Below are positions 34,697-45,555 of a stretch of DNA of 64,000 nt, in pieces. The position numbers and the translations under genes were made by a program. Positions within the stretch are counted from its first letter, which is position 1. Each line of letters opens with the position of its first letter. The stretch comes from Cyanidioschyzon merolae (taxonomy: Eukaryota): the NCBI GenBank assembly GCA_000091205.1, contig AP006502.2. One strand, given 5' to 3'. The notes beneath the pieces were generated by a model. The model was not told where the DNA came from. It worked only from the letters and a program-made list of their open reading frames with translations, and made no database searches.

Positions 34697-35009
34697 TGTT
34701 CCGGCGTCTGCGTAGCCAGCGACGCTTGAAAGGCGCTTCGCGGTAATTTCATTATCTATGGATGTGCCAGCGCCCATCTCATATAAATAGCACCAATATT
34801 TCGCACTGGATACCGAAAATACCTTTCTCGATACCTTAGCTGAGCGGCATGCGAATCATTGGCACTGACGTTCTCCACGCAGCGATACCGCTTCGTCGAG
34901 CTCGGTGCCACCGGATGCACCAAAGCACCAGTATCGCAACTCTGCTCCCGACTCGCGCCCGGTTCCATTGCAGCCCAGGTGCTGATAGTCGCTTTACACA
35001 TGCTCATGC

Positions 35010-35684
35010 TTATTCGTGAAGTTTCACGTCGTTTTGCAATACTCCAGCATCGTGATCCCGGGCGGGTCGATCGGCAGACACGGTTGCGTCTGCATCCGGC
35101 ACTTTGCCGATGCGTTCCCGCAACCCGTCTAGTGTCGCCTGGACAGCCAAAGCACAGTACAGATCAATAGCTCGTGCGGATTCATCGTTCCCCGGTACTA
35201 TATAGGTGGCCCAGTCCGGGTCGCAATCCGTGTCGATCACAGCGATAGACGGAATATCCACGATTCGTGCTTCCCGCAGCGCAGTTCGGTGCCGATGCGC
35301 GTCGACACAGAATATGAGATCGGGCAAATGGCCCCCAAGCCTCAGTATCTGTCGACTCGCTACGGGATTCGTCAGTGTGCCGCCGACCCAGCGACCCGAC
35401 AGTGTGAAGGCCCCGGCCTGACGAGCGCGCGTTCGTACGATGCTTTCCAGGAAAGGATCCTTGGGGCCCAACCAAAGCTGACGAAGTCCTGCACGACCCG
35501 CGGCTCGGAAAACTTCCAGGGCACGCTTTAAACAAACTGCGCTCTGCTGAAGATCAACGATGTGCATTCCATTTCGCTCGCCATAGATATAGGGGCGCAT
35601 CTTCGGGTTCCACGCTGAAGTCTTATGACCAATATGGACGCCAGCACTGAGAAGCTGACGCAGAGTTGCCTGCGAAGCAGACAT
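35010..35684 (-). CDS. Mitochondrial ribosomal protein S2 (uS2m, bacterial-type)
   Basis: LLSAGVHIGHKTSAWNPKMRPYIYGERNGMHIVDLQQS...GGTLTN...AVIDTDCDPDWATYIVPGNDESARAIDLY is collinear with bacterial RpsB. Confidence 0.8.
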   Translation of the reverse strand: MSASQATLRQLLSAGVHIGHKTSAWNPKMRPYIYGERNGMHIVDLQQSAVCLKRALEVFRAAGRAGLRQLWLGPKDPFLESIVRTRARQAGAFTLSGRWVGGTLTNPVASRQILRLGGHLPDLIFCVDAHRHRTALREARIVDIPSIAVIDTDCDPDWATYIVPGNDESARAIDLYCALAVQATLDGLRERIGKVPDADATVSADRPARDHDAGVLQNDVKLHE

Positions 35685-36123
35685 GTCTGACTTTAGAAAA
35701 GCACCTCTTCACCAGAAGAAAAGCGTTTGAGAGGTACTTTGGTACCAGCGAGCGCTGCAGCCAACGCGATGCGGCTACTTTGTGGAATCAGCTGCAATGC
35801 TATAGCGCAAAGCCAGCAGTTATCCCAGAGAAAAGGCCAACTGAAGCACCCTGTTCTCCAATATTACTCTTGCAGCATAGTACAACTTTTTTCTTGAAAC
35901 GAGTTGGAGCAGGAACAGCGAGTTTGTTCACAGTTGCCAAGCACGCCGCCTTTTGAAGAAGGATCGGCGGCACGACACCAACGCCGCGCGTTGCGGCCGA
36001 AGCGCTCGAAGGACAACATGTGCATTTTCGGGGGATTTCTCCTGGAGCGTGTCGTTGTCTGGTGGTGGAACCCTCGTTACACCTTCCGATGCAAAGCGGT
36101 AGGACTTCATTGTCGCAGCAGCA

Positions 36124-37467
36124 ATGCTGCTAACTCGTGCAACACCAGAGATAGCACTGGCGCCTACAGAAAAGGCATCAAGTCTGAGGCTTCCCCCTGA
36201 ACTCAGCGCTGGCTCTTTCGCGTCGCGTCTATGCTGGCTCGGTGCGAAGTGCTTCGTAGCGGCGTCTGGCTCCGAGACGTACGCCCTGCAAGTATCGAGT
36301 AAATTGCAGGGCGTTTCGCAAGTCGCCGACCGTGACTATGAGGCTTTCTCGGAGAGCGCTCAGCGAACCGAGGTTGTGCTCCTTCCAAATAGACAGACGA
36401 GCGCTGTGTGGAGCGTGCTGGCGCAGCCCCGTTTCCGAACGGAGGCCCAGTGCTTGGCTAGCTCACTCGTTGATGGTGATTTGGACGGTGACCGCCAGTG
36501 CTTAGTCGCCTGTGTGGATTCTCTTGGGGCGCTGGCCGTGAGCCGGTTGCACCTGACGGAGTGCTCTAGTGGGACGCAGATTCAGAACCGTTCCAGTTTC
36601 ACTGGGGCGACTGTGGAGCATCCTCGGGTACACCCCGGTCCTTCCTGTTGTGCGCTGGCACGGCCAGGACGCTCCAAGTCTGTTCGGAGCCCGTACATCG
36701 CGGTTGCTGGATACCTGGGCTGTACGGTCTCGGTCTACGAAGGAGAGCTACTTGTACGGCATATGCGCACACTAGAGCACCCAAGCAGCCTCACTTTTGG
36801 GAGCGGGTCGGGGGCATTTGGTGCCCAGTTCCATTCCACGCCTTGTGAACATGAAGAACTGCTTTACTTCACGGAGGGCCCGGCCATTTCGCTATGTGAT
36901 CTACGAGCACCGGGGATGTCATTCCGAAGGAAAATCATTGGCGGGCATGCGTCCATGTCGAGCGGTGCGACCGTATCCTGGTACAGTTGCGACCTAGTTG
37001 GCTACGAAATGGCACTCGTTGGACCGCAACGCTGCGTTCTGGTTGTAGATGTTCGGCGATGGGGTGTCCTTGGCCGCTGGTGGTCATGCCTCAAATACGA
37101 TGCGACGACTGTTATGTGGGCAAGTGCAACATCGCCCTCGCTTGATCGCAGACGTACTCAAGGCATGCTCCTCTATGTCAGTGGGCGTGATAATGAAATG
37201 GCCTGTGGAACGCTTTCCGCAACGGCACCTGAAACGCAGCCGCAGCAAGCAACGCATGAACAAGGGCGACGGCCAAACGCGTTGTCAAGCAGCAGGGAGC
37301 CTGTCTCTGCACCATGTGGATGGCAACAAAAAGGTGAGCGTTTGTTCGGTTTTCGAGCAGAAAACGGTTGGATCGGTGCCGCCCGATATGGCGAATGCGG
37401 CTGGGCTGGCCTCACCGAACGCGGAATACTCTACACGTTACGGACGTGGTCGGGCAAGGAACTCTGA
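36124..37467 (+). CDS. Hypothetical protein (447 aa), possibly beta-propeller-like
   Basis: Long uninterrupted ORF divergent from the uS2m gene. No motif recognised. Confidence 0.45.
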   Translation: MLLTRATPEIALAPTEKASSLRLPPELSAGSFASRLCWLGAKCFVAASGSETYALQVSSKLQGVSQVADRDYEAFSESAQRTEVVLLPNRQTSAVWSVLAQPRFRTEAQCLASSLVDGDLDGDRQCLVACVDSLGALAVSRLHLTECSSGTQIQNRSSFTGATVEHPRVHPGPSCCALARPGRSKSVRSPYIAVAGYLGCTVSVYEGELLVRHMRTLEHPSSLTFGSGSGAFGAQFHSTPCEHEELLYFTEGPAISLCDLRAPGMSFRRKIIGGHASMSSGATVSWYSCDLVGYEMALVGPQRCVLVVDVRRWGVLGRWWSCLKYDATTVMWASATSPSLDRRRTQGMLLYVSGRDNEMACGTLSATAPETQPQQATHEQGRRPNALSSSREPVSAPCGWQQKGERLFGFRAENGWIGAARYGECGWAGLTERGILYTLRTWSGKEL

Positions 37468-38495
37468 TACAGTGCCGATGTCGCAGGCGATTAGCGGTCC
37501 ATTTCCAGGCGCTCGCTTCGACGTCCCGGTGATCGGGCACTGCCGCCTATCTTCCTCATGATTGAAACTGGTTAACTGAAGCAAAGTCATGCGCGGGACG
37601 TATCGACCTGTCGTTGAGTAGCGCTCTATTGACGGCGGCGACGCAATCGATGACGCTCAGGATTGCACTGGAAAAGCAGCGACGTGCATTTTCACATGCA
37701 TGCACTTGTATGCTCGTCTCGACGCTCTCGCCTGCGGTTCAAACTAGAAACGTTTTCGAGACAGAGTTCGATTTAGAATACGTTGTCGTCCAAGTGCAAG
37801 CATACCAGCGCACTGGGCCGGCAATGTGTCCAAGAACATCAAGAAGAGCTGGTAGTCAGGGCGCCTTCTCATGGGCGAGCGCGTCACCGTCGACGCTGGG
37901 GGATAATCTCCACGGGTACTCTGTGGAGGCAGAACGCTGCTCTGTTCTGGCGCCTCGCTTCGAACTTGAACTCGCTTTCTGGTTCCACAAAGACTTTGTG
38001 AGCCTCGTCCTGACAAAGTCTGTACCGAAACTATACTAGAATGTATCGTTTGCTCGGCTACTCAGATTCTCGACATGTTCGGTCGTTGCTCCGGAAGCAA
38101 ACGTCTTCGAACAAGCTCGACGACAGCGCTCAGGTGCTGTTGCTCCGCGCACGCTCCATGTGTGCGCCCTGGATGACGTGTTGCGACACGGTCAGGGTCA
38201 TAGTCGGGGCATTTGTTTGAACATATGTCGGCTTTTCGAGTCGCATGCCGGGCTGGACGCGGCGGCGGGGCCCTGCATGCTACCTGGAATGCACACACGT
38301 AGGTAAACGATGATATTGAGGCGTCTACTGCGTACCGCGAAGAGAATGGTAACGAGGATATCGGGAATAGGGTTGTCTTAAGTTCAGAGTGCACGGCTGC
38401 GCCGGCTTCTTGGTAAAATGGAACACCTCTGTCCTGTACAAAACGTGTATCGGTTGCTCCAACTCTAACGCAGGCAGGCGGGCCCTCGCAGCGCC

Positions 38496-38712
38496 TTATC
38501 CTTTAGCTTGATTGCCGCTCCAGGCTCGCAGTGTGTAGTGCAGGGATCCGACTAGCCCCAGGAGTAGCAGGAGCATCACGAGCGAGTGCGGCGTGTTGAG
38601 CCCCAGAGCAACGTCGGTGGCCAGCACGACTGTAAGTAGCAGCAACGCGGCGAGCAGTGCGACCCGCTGGACACGCGTAACGAGCGGTGCTTGTGGTGGA
38701 GCTACGTGTTGG

Positions 38713-38746
<34 letters not shown>

Positions 38747-38948
38747 CTCCTGAACCCGGAACGCGCTCTGGCTGATCCTCACTGGACTTATCCAGCTGGG
38801 CAGGAGAAATGGGGCCTGCAATCACCTCACTAGACAAGCGCAAGCGCATGATTATCAGCGTCTCGTCGTGAATAGCTGTGGCTAGTGCATAGAGCTCTGC
38901 GCCCGTCCAGGTGTGTGCGCAAGCGCTCCTGAGCAACGCTCGTGCCAA
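38496..38948 (-). CDS. Small hypothetical protein with a polyQ tract and two C-terminal hydrophobic helices
   Basis: 150-aa ORF: ...GDEQQQQQQQQQHQH... then LLAALLLLTVVLATDVALGL and LVMLLLLLGLVGSL. The polyQ is encoded by the (CTG)9 repeat at 38714-38740 on the + strand. Confidence 0.3.
38714..38740. repeat. (CTG)9 / (CAG)9 microsatellite
   Basis: Seen directly in the sequence. Confidence 0.95.
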
Positions 38949-39019
38949 TAGACTGCTTCGCTCACTTGTGGTTGTCTAGAGCGTATGTATGCTCAGTGAA
39001 ACTAAAAAAGTCCCACGAC

Positions 39020-39515
39020 CGTGTAGTGTATATATGCATCCCATTGCAGATGCCTCCCGGACTTTTTCGACCGGCCGCCCACTACTGGTTGTAACGTCAT
39101 CCCGTACAATTCGACCCTGAGCGGTTCTCCCACAAAGTCGGCTCGTATCAGCTCCGGGGGTCTCTTGTCCAGCACTGCACATCTCCCGATGTTGATAGCA
39201 GCGTTAAAGTCTCGGTTCGCGAACGCTATGCGTACCCTGCCTCTGGTTGAACTCACCATTGCAAGGATTCCTCGAACTTGTGTCCTCTGTTCTACTACAG
39301 TCTCGACCTCGTCCCGTCAGGCGAGCACCTTTTCTCGTCTACCTGTCCTCTTTTTCTTCGCCGCCGCGCGCTTTCCCTTGCTCGATGAAGGGCGAGAAGA
39401 GGATTTTTTCCTTGTTTTCGGACAGCCGGCAATGAGGCCCTCTAGGATCCGCGACTTCCATCTCTATACCTTAGCCTTTTTACATTTGTAAATGAACGCA
39501 CTTCGAGAGCATTTG
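39020..39515 (-). mobile_element. Short, internally deleted copy (B) of the TnpB/Fanzor-like element: 5' terminus joined to the 3' ~470 bp
   Basis: Peptide RIAFANRDFNAAINIGRCAVL, the 3' module and the ...gcatatatac terminus. The 5' junction aaatgct(c/t)t(c/t)cg matches the 5' end of copies A and C. Confidence 0.5.
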
Positions 39516-40678
39516 CTCTAAACCACGAAAAAAGCATTAAATGATACGCACTTGGCGCCAGAGCACAGTTGAGGTGAAGTGCTATGACAAGAATCCTGCA
39601 CGTGCCAGGTCCGCAGCACGTCTAACATGCTCGTTGCTTTGCTCAGGGCAGAAGGTTGAGGCGCGAGCCTGATTAGCGTTGACGCGATCTGTGTTCCCAT
39701 GAGCGAAGCTACATTCTGGTGCATCAGGCGCAGTTGAGCGGATATCGGTGAGCTCACAAGTCGCCACAGGGTATGGTGCTGTGTGCTAGCCAGTCACCGC
39801 CCGCCACGTAGAACCCCGATAGCAGGACACGCAGGATACGATTCGGAACGACGAGCAACCGGGGATCGGTGCTGACCTTCTTCAGCGCGTCCAGAGCGGA
39901 GGCGAACCCTGTGCTCTATGTTTTTTCGTTCTCGATAATAGTTCCAAGACGCTCAATAGCTTGCGCACCCGCTTCGTGTCCAGGATCCGTGAGCGTGCTT
40001 CCACCAAGCGCCAGGTGCGGCTGTCGTTCTGGAACGCTACCAGCTGTTGCGAAGCAATCGTCAGCGTCAAGGGTGCAGGCATTTCTCGAATACGGCAGCG
40101 TGGAGTAGCTCTGAAACGCACGTTCGTACTTCAGGGTGCAAATCGCGACCTGGTAGCCGTCGATGTCCGCGATGGTGCGCAGAGAAGATACCAAACGCAC
40201 CTATCCATCCATCTTCCCAACTATGCATGTGTGCATGTGTGCGTAAAAGCAAGCAGGCGGCTATCCATGCGTCTATGTGCACAGGCAACCAGCAAGCAAG
40301 CAATCAAGCAAGTTGCTTTCTCAGGTAGAAGACGATATTGTGACCTGTGCGCCACGGTCTTGTGGCCATTCAGCAGCTACTGGTATAGGCAACGCAGCAG
40401 GTGCAGGAAATGACTGCGGACTCCAGCGAGCGCTGTATCGATATTGGGACACATGTTGTGAGAGCTGAACTGCAGTTTATTGGTGTGCGTGTCCTTCCCT
40501 GCGGGGTTTCCGTCCGTCTGGTATGGGTCTCCCCATGAGCGCGTACGCAATCAGGAAACATCGCTTCGTAACGCTCGCCGGTTCCTTTCGATGACGTTTC
40601 TGCGCTCCATGCGGAGCCTCTACATAGCCGTATCTCGTTCATGATGCTAATGCATGACTTTCCATGATCATGCATACC

Positions 40679-42637
40679 TCAAAAGGTCATGCTGTTGTCT
40701 GTGGTGGTATCCGTTCCTTCCTTCGATACTTTTTCATCGCTCGAACCACCATCCGCAGACAGCACGATCTTCGCCTGCTGCTCGCCAAAGGCTGGATTCT
40801 CCATGGACTCCTCGCCCATCAGCTCCGACAGGCGATTGTACTCCCTGGCACCCTCTGCTCCGAGGCGGATGCGCCGGATGAGATTCGAGAACAGCGTCCG
40901 GTCGTTGTAGTAGACGGGCGCAGCAGCGTACTGCTCGAGCTGCTCCACCTTGGTGATGTAGGAGCGCGCAAGCAGCATCTGAGCGTACTGCTCCAGAGCT
41001 GCAGCGTACTCCTCACGACTGCGGAAGAGGCGAAGGTAGAGCAGGGACCACCAGGAGTAGTGCCCAATCTGAATGCTCTCGAAGGAGGCGGCTGGTGCGG
41101 GCTGTGCACCGAGGCTCTTCGCGAAGCGCGCAGCGTACCGCGCACGCATGGCCAGGAATCGATTCTCCTCGCCTCTGAGACTGACGTTACTATACTCCGG
41201 GACAAATAGGAGAGCAAGGATCAAACCGAAGTATTCGATTCCTGCGTAGATCCACTGGATCTTACGCAGTCCAAGGAGGCCGCTATGGCCGGACTCGTTG
41301 CCATCGGGCGAGAGCGCGCTCCACATGTAAGGAAACACGGTCGTTCCGACAATGCCCCCGACCTTGCCGAGCGCCGATGACCATCCGTAGAGCGTTGCAC
41401 GCACGCGAGTGGGGTACACTTCAGCCGGGACCAGATAGACAGGGATGAACACAAAGTACTGGAAAATGAAAACGAAAGTAGTCCAAATAACGTAGCCTAC
41501 CGCATGCTTTGCAAGCATGAGGTACACGCCAGCCGTAATCAGCTGCGTGGAGGCGAGCCACGCCCATCCGAGGACCTCCGTTTTCCGCCGTCCGAGACGA
41601 TCCACGACCAGAGCAGCCGCAACTGGCCCGAGAGTGAGCACCACGCCCTGGGCGAGACCGATCCAAGCCGTCTTGAAGAGAGATGCCCCGATCACACTCG
41701 ACAGGATCACGCCACCAAACGTGCCTTGGCTGTAATTGATCCAGTCGATGAGAAACCACATGAAGATTGTGCCGATCATCCGTGGGATAAAGTGTCGGAA
41801 AATAACAAACAGGTCCAGTAGATCATAGGACTTGCGTCTTAGATTCTCATCCTTGCGGTACATTTTAGAATCGCGCATGCGAACCCGCAAGAAAAGCACG
41901 ATGATACACGGAATGAGGCCCAGCCCGTAGGAGATTCTCCACACCACCTGAGGCCGGCAATTCGGGAGGCTTACCCCTGTAGACGACGATGAAGTGATGT
42001 AGACGTGGCGGCAAGCTGCCGCAATGAGAATCAACTGGATCAACGTCGGTGTGTTGTTCCCGATGACCTCCATGAACATCACAAGCAACGAAACCCTTCG
42101 TCCGCGCGTTTTCGTGCTGACTTCCTCACTATCCTCAACGATATTCGGAACGTTACAAGTGTACTCGCCGCCCATTCCGAGGCCAACGACAGCGCGTCCG
42201 ACGATAATCATCCAGAACATACCGTCAGTTGTTTTTCCGTTCGCTGCCGTGGACAGGATCGAGCCGAGTATAACGATGCAGGAGCAAGCGATGAGACCGG
42301 CCTTGCGTCCGATGAAATCAGCGATGAATCCAAAGCCGATGAGTCCGAAAAGAACGCCATATAAAACAGAAGTTGAAAGAGCTGACTGCAGAAATGAACT
42401 AGAATACACGGTGTAATACACATCTATGTAGAGTGTAAGGAGCAGCGTACCCACTTGGTACATATAGCCATTTACGAGGAAGCCCAGTGCAGTACCGATT
42501 GCATTGTAGCGAATATAGGATGTATCAGGGGTTTCTGTTACCGCGTAGATTGCTTCCTCATCTTGGCCAGACTTTATCGGCTCCTCGGCATGGAGGAAAA
42601 TTTGGTCAGGCGCAATATCAACGATGTTTTCCGCCAT
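40679..42637 (-). CDS. MFS inorganic phosphate:H+ symporter of the PHO84/Pht1 family (substrate inferred), with a ~170-aa C-terminal extension
   Basis: 12-TM layout. GRAVVGLGMGGEY compares with GIGGDYPLS. FRHFIPRMIGTIFMWFLIDWINYS compares with FxRHFxxLxGTxxxWFxLDxAFY. QYFVFIPVYLVPAEVYPTRVRATLYGWSSALGKVGGI compares with QFFQNFGPNTTTFIVPGExFPTRYRSTAHGISAASGKVGAI. Confidence 0.8.
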   Translation of the reverse strand: MAENIVDIAPDQIFLHAEEPIKSGQDEEAIYAVTETPDTSYIRYNAIGTALGFLVNGYMYQVGTLLLTLYIDVYYTVYSSSFLQSALSTSVLYGVLFGLIGFGFIADFIGRKAGLIACSCIVILGSILSTAANGKTTDGMFWMIIVGRAVVGLGMGGEYTCNVPNIVEDSEEVSTKTRGRRVSLLVMFMEVIGNNTPTLIQLILIAAACRHVYITSSSSTGVSLPNCRPQVVWRISYGLGLIPCIIVLFLRVRMRDSKMYRKDENLRRKSYDLLDLFVIFRHFIPRMIGTIFMWFLIDWINYSQGTFGGVILSSVIGASLFKTAWIGLAQGVVLTLGPVAAALVVDRLGRRKTEVLGWAWLASTQLITAGVYLMLAKHAVGYVIWTTFVFIFQYFVFIPVYLVPAEVYPTRVRATLYGWSSALGKVGGIVGTTVFPYMWSALSPDGNESGHSGLLGLRKIQWIYAGIEYFGLILALLFVPEYSNVSLRGEENRFLAMRARYAARFAKSLGAQPAPAASFESIQIGHYSWWSLLYLRLFRSREEYAAALEQYAQMLLARSYITKVEQLEQYAAAPVYYNDRTLFSNLIRRIRLGAEGAREYNRLSELMGEESMENPAFGEQQAKIVLSADGGSSDEKVSKEGTDTTTDNSMTF

Positions 42638-43524
42638 CGTTCTGACCTTTCTTCAACAGCGCACAGTAACGCTTCCAATTATGAGTTGTAGTAAAGAACG
42701 CAAAATCATTTCGAATGAATTGTGCCGTCTATCGCCTGGACGAATCACAGTACTCGAGCAGCCGAGATACAACGGTCGAGATGGAGCACCTTGATCGTCA
42801 TCGGAGATTGATCCAGGAATCACGTTCGGTCGTTCGCCTTTAACTTCAACCAGCGGGTTTCGAATTCCGTTGGACACGCTCATTCCCGTGATTCTGGAGC
42901 CATGGATTCACGAGCGGAATTTCGACGCTGGAGATCAGTGTCGCGACGCGCGCAACACTTTCATAAATTGTCCCTAAATATCCTAAATTCATTCTTATTA
43001 TTTCTACAAATTGCGGTTCTTTTGGTGTTGCTTACCGTGCAAGTGAAAACTTTCACTGCGAGTAGGAGTCTATATTTCGGAGCTTAGACCACAGAGCACC
43101 ACGATAGTTCATTTGAACAGTGAACAAAAAGCAGCTTCAATGCATATAATGGGGAACGAGTTCGGGCAGTACCTGTCAAGGCCCGTACAGCGTCGGCACG
43201 GAAAAGTGAACGACTGAGAACCTGTAGCACATACAAATAAAGCCCACTCTGGCAATGAGAATTTTAAGCTGCCCACTGCAATACGGTACTATACTTCACC
43301 CATCTGTCTCGTATTTTGAATTACTGCAAAGCTTGCAGCCTTGTCTCTGGTATAGCCCGCCGCGCACCTGGCCAGGATTCGCTGGTTATCGCAGCGCCTT
43401 TGTTGTAAAACCGCTTTTCTGGTGCCGCCCCAGGACTCATCGTCTGCAGCATGTCTTGCAGCGGCAGAAGATGCCGCACTAGCTCGTATCGCCGATTCGG
43501 AAGCGCCAACAGCATGGTCCATAT

Positions 43525-43644
43525 TTCTTTCTGGACGAGTTCGCTGCAGGAGGTCCCTAAAAGGCTGCCACGCTTCGTGTAGGATTCTTTCTGGACGAGT
43601 TCGCTGCAGGAGGTCCCTAAAAGGCTGCCACGCTTCGTGTAGGA
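43525..43644. repeat. Perfect tandem duplication of a 60-bp unit (2 copies)
   Basis: ttctttctggacgagttcgctgcaggaggtccctaaaaggctgccacgcttcgtgtagga occurs twice, back to back. Confidence 0.95.
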
Positions 43645-44340
43645 GCCGCGGTCCATCACCCCTTGCCCGAGCGCTCGCGACTTGGATCTTATACAACTGG
43701 ATATTGTGAGCGGTATCCCCATGCTGAGGCTGTTTCTGCTGTGTTTCGTCGTCGCTGGGACATGGACTGGATCCTGATGCGGTGCCGATCTTGGTGGAAG
43801 CCTTCGCGCGCATCGCGCTCCACTCCTGTCGAGCACTAGAAACGGTCTGCATCGTTACGCCTCAGGCCGCGCACCAGCCCGCAGGCACGGTGCTGATGCA
43901 TGACGGAGCAAGGATGCATCCGTGCACCCATGTACTTATGCATTTACGCGTCTGTGCAGGCTGTCGCGCTTATGGCACGCAAACAGCCAGCGGCTCGAGT
44001 CTGAGCGCCCGCAGGCGCCCGGATTCTCGACACGTGTCCTGCGTGCGCGGTCCCGACGCACCGCATATGCGCAACTCTCCGAGGATAAGAATCGACAGTG
44101 GAATTCAGGGGTAGGTAGAAAGGTGGACGCTTTCCCAAAACGTTCGTACGAATCGCACCATAGGGCATCCCTGGTGAAAACGTTCTGCGAAACCAAAAAC
44201 TTGCGGGCATCTCCAGTTCCCCGTTTAAATCGTGAAGCAGTTAGTCCATCGAAATGAGATTCCTACACGAATATCCACTTATCTTTCCGTCGTCGTGTTA
44301 TTTTGTTAGATATGTTAAAAATCAGTTTCGCTATGCACAC

Positions 44341-45555
44341 CTACTGGTCCCGCAGACGACGAACGTGGAACGGCCACTCACACCGCAGCGTGCCTAGCGT
44401 TGCGAGCGCCGCTTGTGAGACGCTGCGGAGCACACCGTCGCCCGAGAGGCGCTTCCACGCTGCTGGCGAGGCGTCTCTAACAGGGCCGCTCGTGACTTGT
44501 CTGGCCTCTCGTTGCGATTCGTACGCTGCCGCTCCGTCTAAGCAGCGTAGACGAGCGCCCAGCGCTAGGCGCAGCGGCGCACTCTGCATGAGCGTGCGCA
44601 CACCCTCCCGTACAAGGCGGTGCATCTGCAGGCGTGCGACGCGCAAACGCCTTTGAAGCAAACGGCCCTGAGGGGTGTTCGTGGTGAATAGCAGCGGAAC
44701 GTTCCCCAGATAGTCCAGCGGCGAGCGCTCTGGTTCATAGCGAGTGCTATCATCTTCGGCGTCGCCCAGCTCGGGTGCGCTCCAGCAGCGCGCCAGCGCC
44801 GGGCCCGCGCACCGTTCTAGAGTAGCATCTTCTTCGGTATCCTCGTGCAGTGTGCCGGGACCTGATTCAAGCTTAACGACTGCGTATTGTTCCGTCGGGC
44901 TTTCGACTGGTGGCGGGCCCGCTGGAGCGCCCACCAGCGCAACGTTGTCCGTCTGCGGTCCCGCGCCGTCTGCCGCTTCGCGCTCGCTGGATGCTGCCGA
45001 AAGCTCCCGCAGGCGCCGCCACTTGTTCCGCAGGCGCTCCGTTCTCGGTATGGCGGAGCAGCGCGGGTCCACCACCGGTACCCCGTCTGCTGTCTGACGG
45101 GCGCAAACGAGTCGCCGTTGGTCGTAGTCTACCCACTCGTACACAATTCGCCCGAGCAGCTGCGTACGGCTAACGCCCTGTCCTCCACGAGCTGCGTTCC
45201 GCGAAGGACTGGGTGCCGCTGCCGCTTCCATTGCCGTGCTCACTGCGGCGGGTGCCGCCGTCCCGTCACGTCGCTTGCGCGGTACTTGCTCGAACGCCCT
45301 CGAAAACTTTGCAAGCACGTGCGCTCGCGCAAGCTCTACCCATAGTGGAGGGAAGAGCACTCGCCGCGCAACCTGCACCAGCGACCACTGCGGCTGTGTA
45401 GCGGTCGCCTGGAGGCTGCGGCTCGCGCCACGAACCCGCCTGTGCAGTCGTCGTCGTTGCCAGAGGCGAGCGAGAAACAACCCGACGCTGCTGCTGCCCT
45501 CCTTGGGCCCTATAAACACTGTGCTCTGTGCTGTTAAACAACTGTTCCGATTCAT
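44341..45555 (-). CDS. Hypothetical protein (404 aa, Ala/Arg-rich) in a very GC-rich stretch. Strand assignment uncertain
   Basis: Longest ORF in a region where both strands are open. Contains a plausible globular segment (RIVYEWVDYDQRRLVCARQTADGVPVVDPRCSAIP). Confidence 0.3.
   Translation of the reverse strand: MNRNSCLTAQSTVFIGPKEGSSSVGLFLARLWQRRRLHRRVRGASRSLQATATQPQWSLVQVARRVLFPPLWVELARAHVLAKFSRAFEQVPRKRRDGTAAPAAVSTAMEAAAAPSPSRNAARGGQGVSRTQLLGRIVYEWVDYDQRRLVCARQTADGVPVVDPRCSAIPRTERLRNKWRRLRELSAASSEREAADGAGPQTDNVALVGAPAGPPPVESPTEQYAVVKLESGPGTLHEDTEEDATLERCAGPALARCWSAPELGDAEDDSTRYEPERSPLDYLGNVPLLFTTNTPQGRLLQRRLRVARLQMHRLVREGVRTLMQSAPLRLALGARLRCLDGAAAYESQREARQVTSGPVRDASPAAWKRLSGDGVLRSVSQAALATLGTLRCEWPFHVRRLRDQ

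Noticed and set aside
44887-45345. + strand 152-aa and 87-aa ORFs opposite the 44341-45555 ORF
   Set aside because: A GC-rich region keeps all frames open. These are shorter than the minus-strand ORF and are Ala/Arg/Pro low-complexity.
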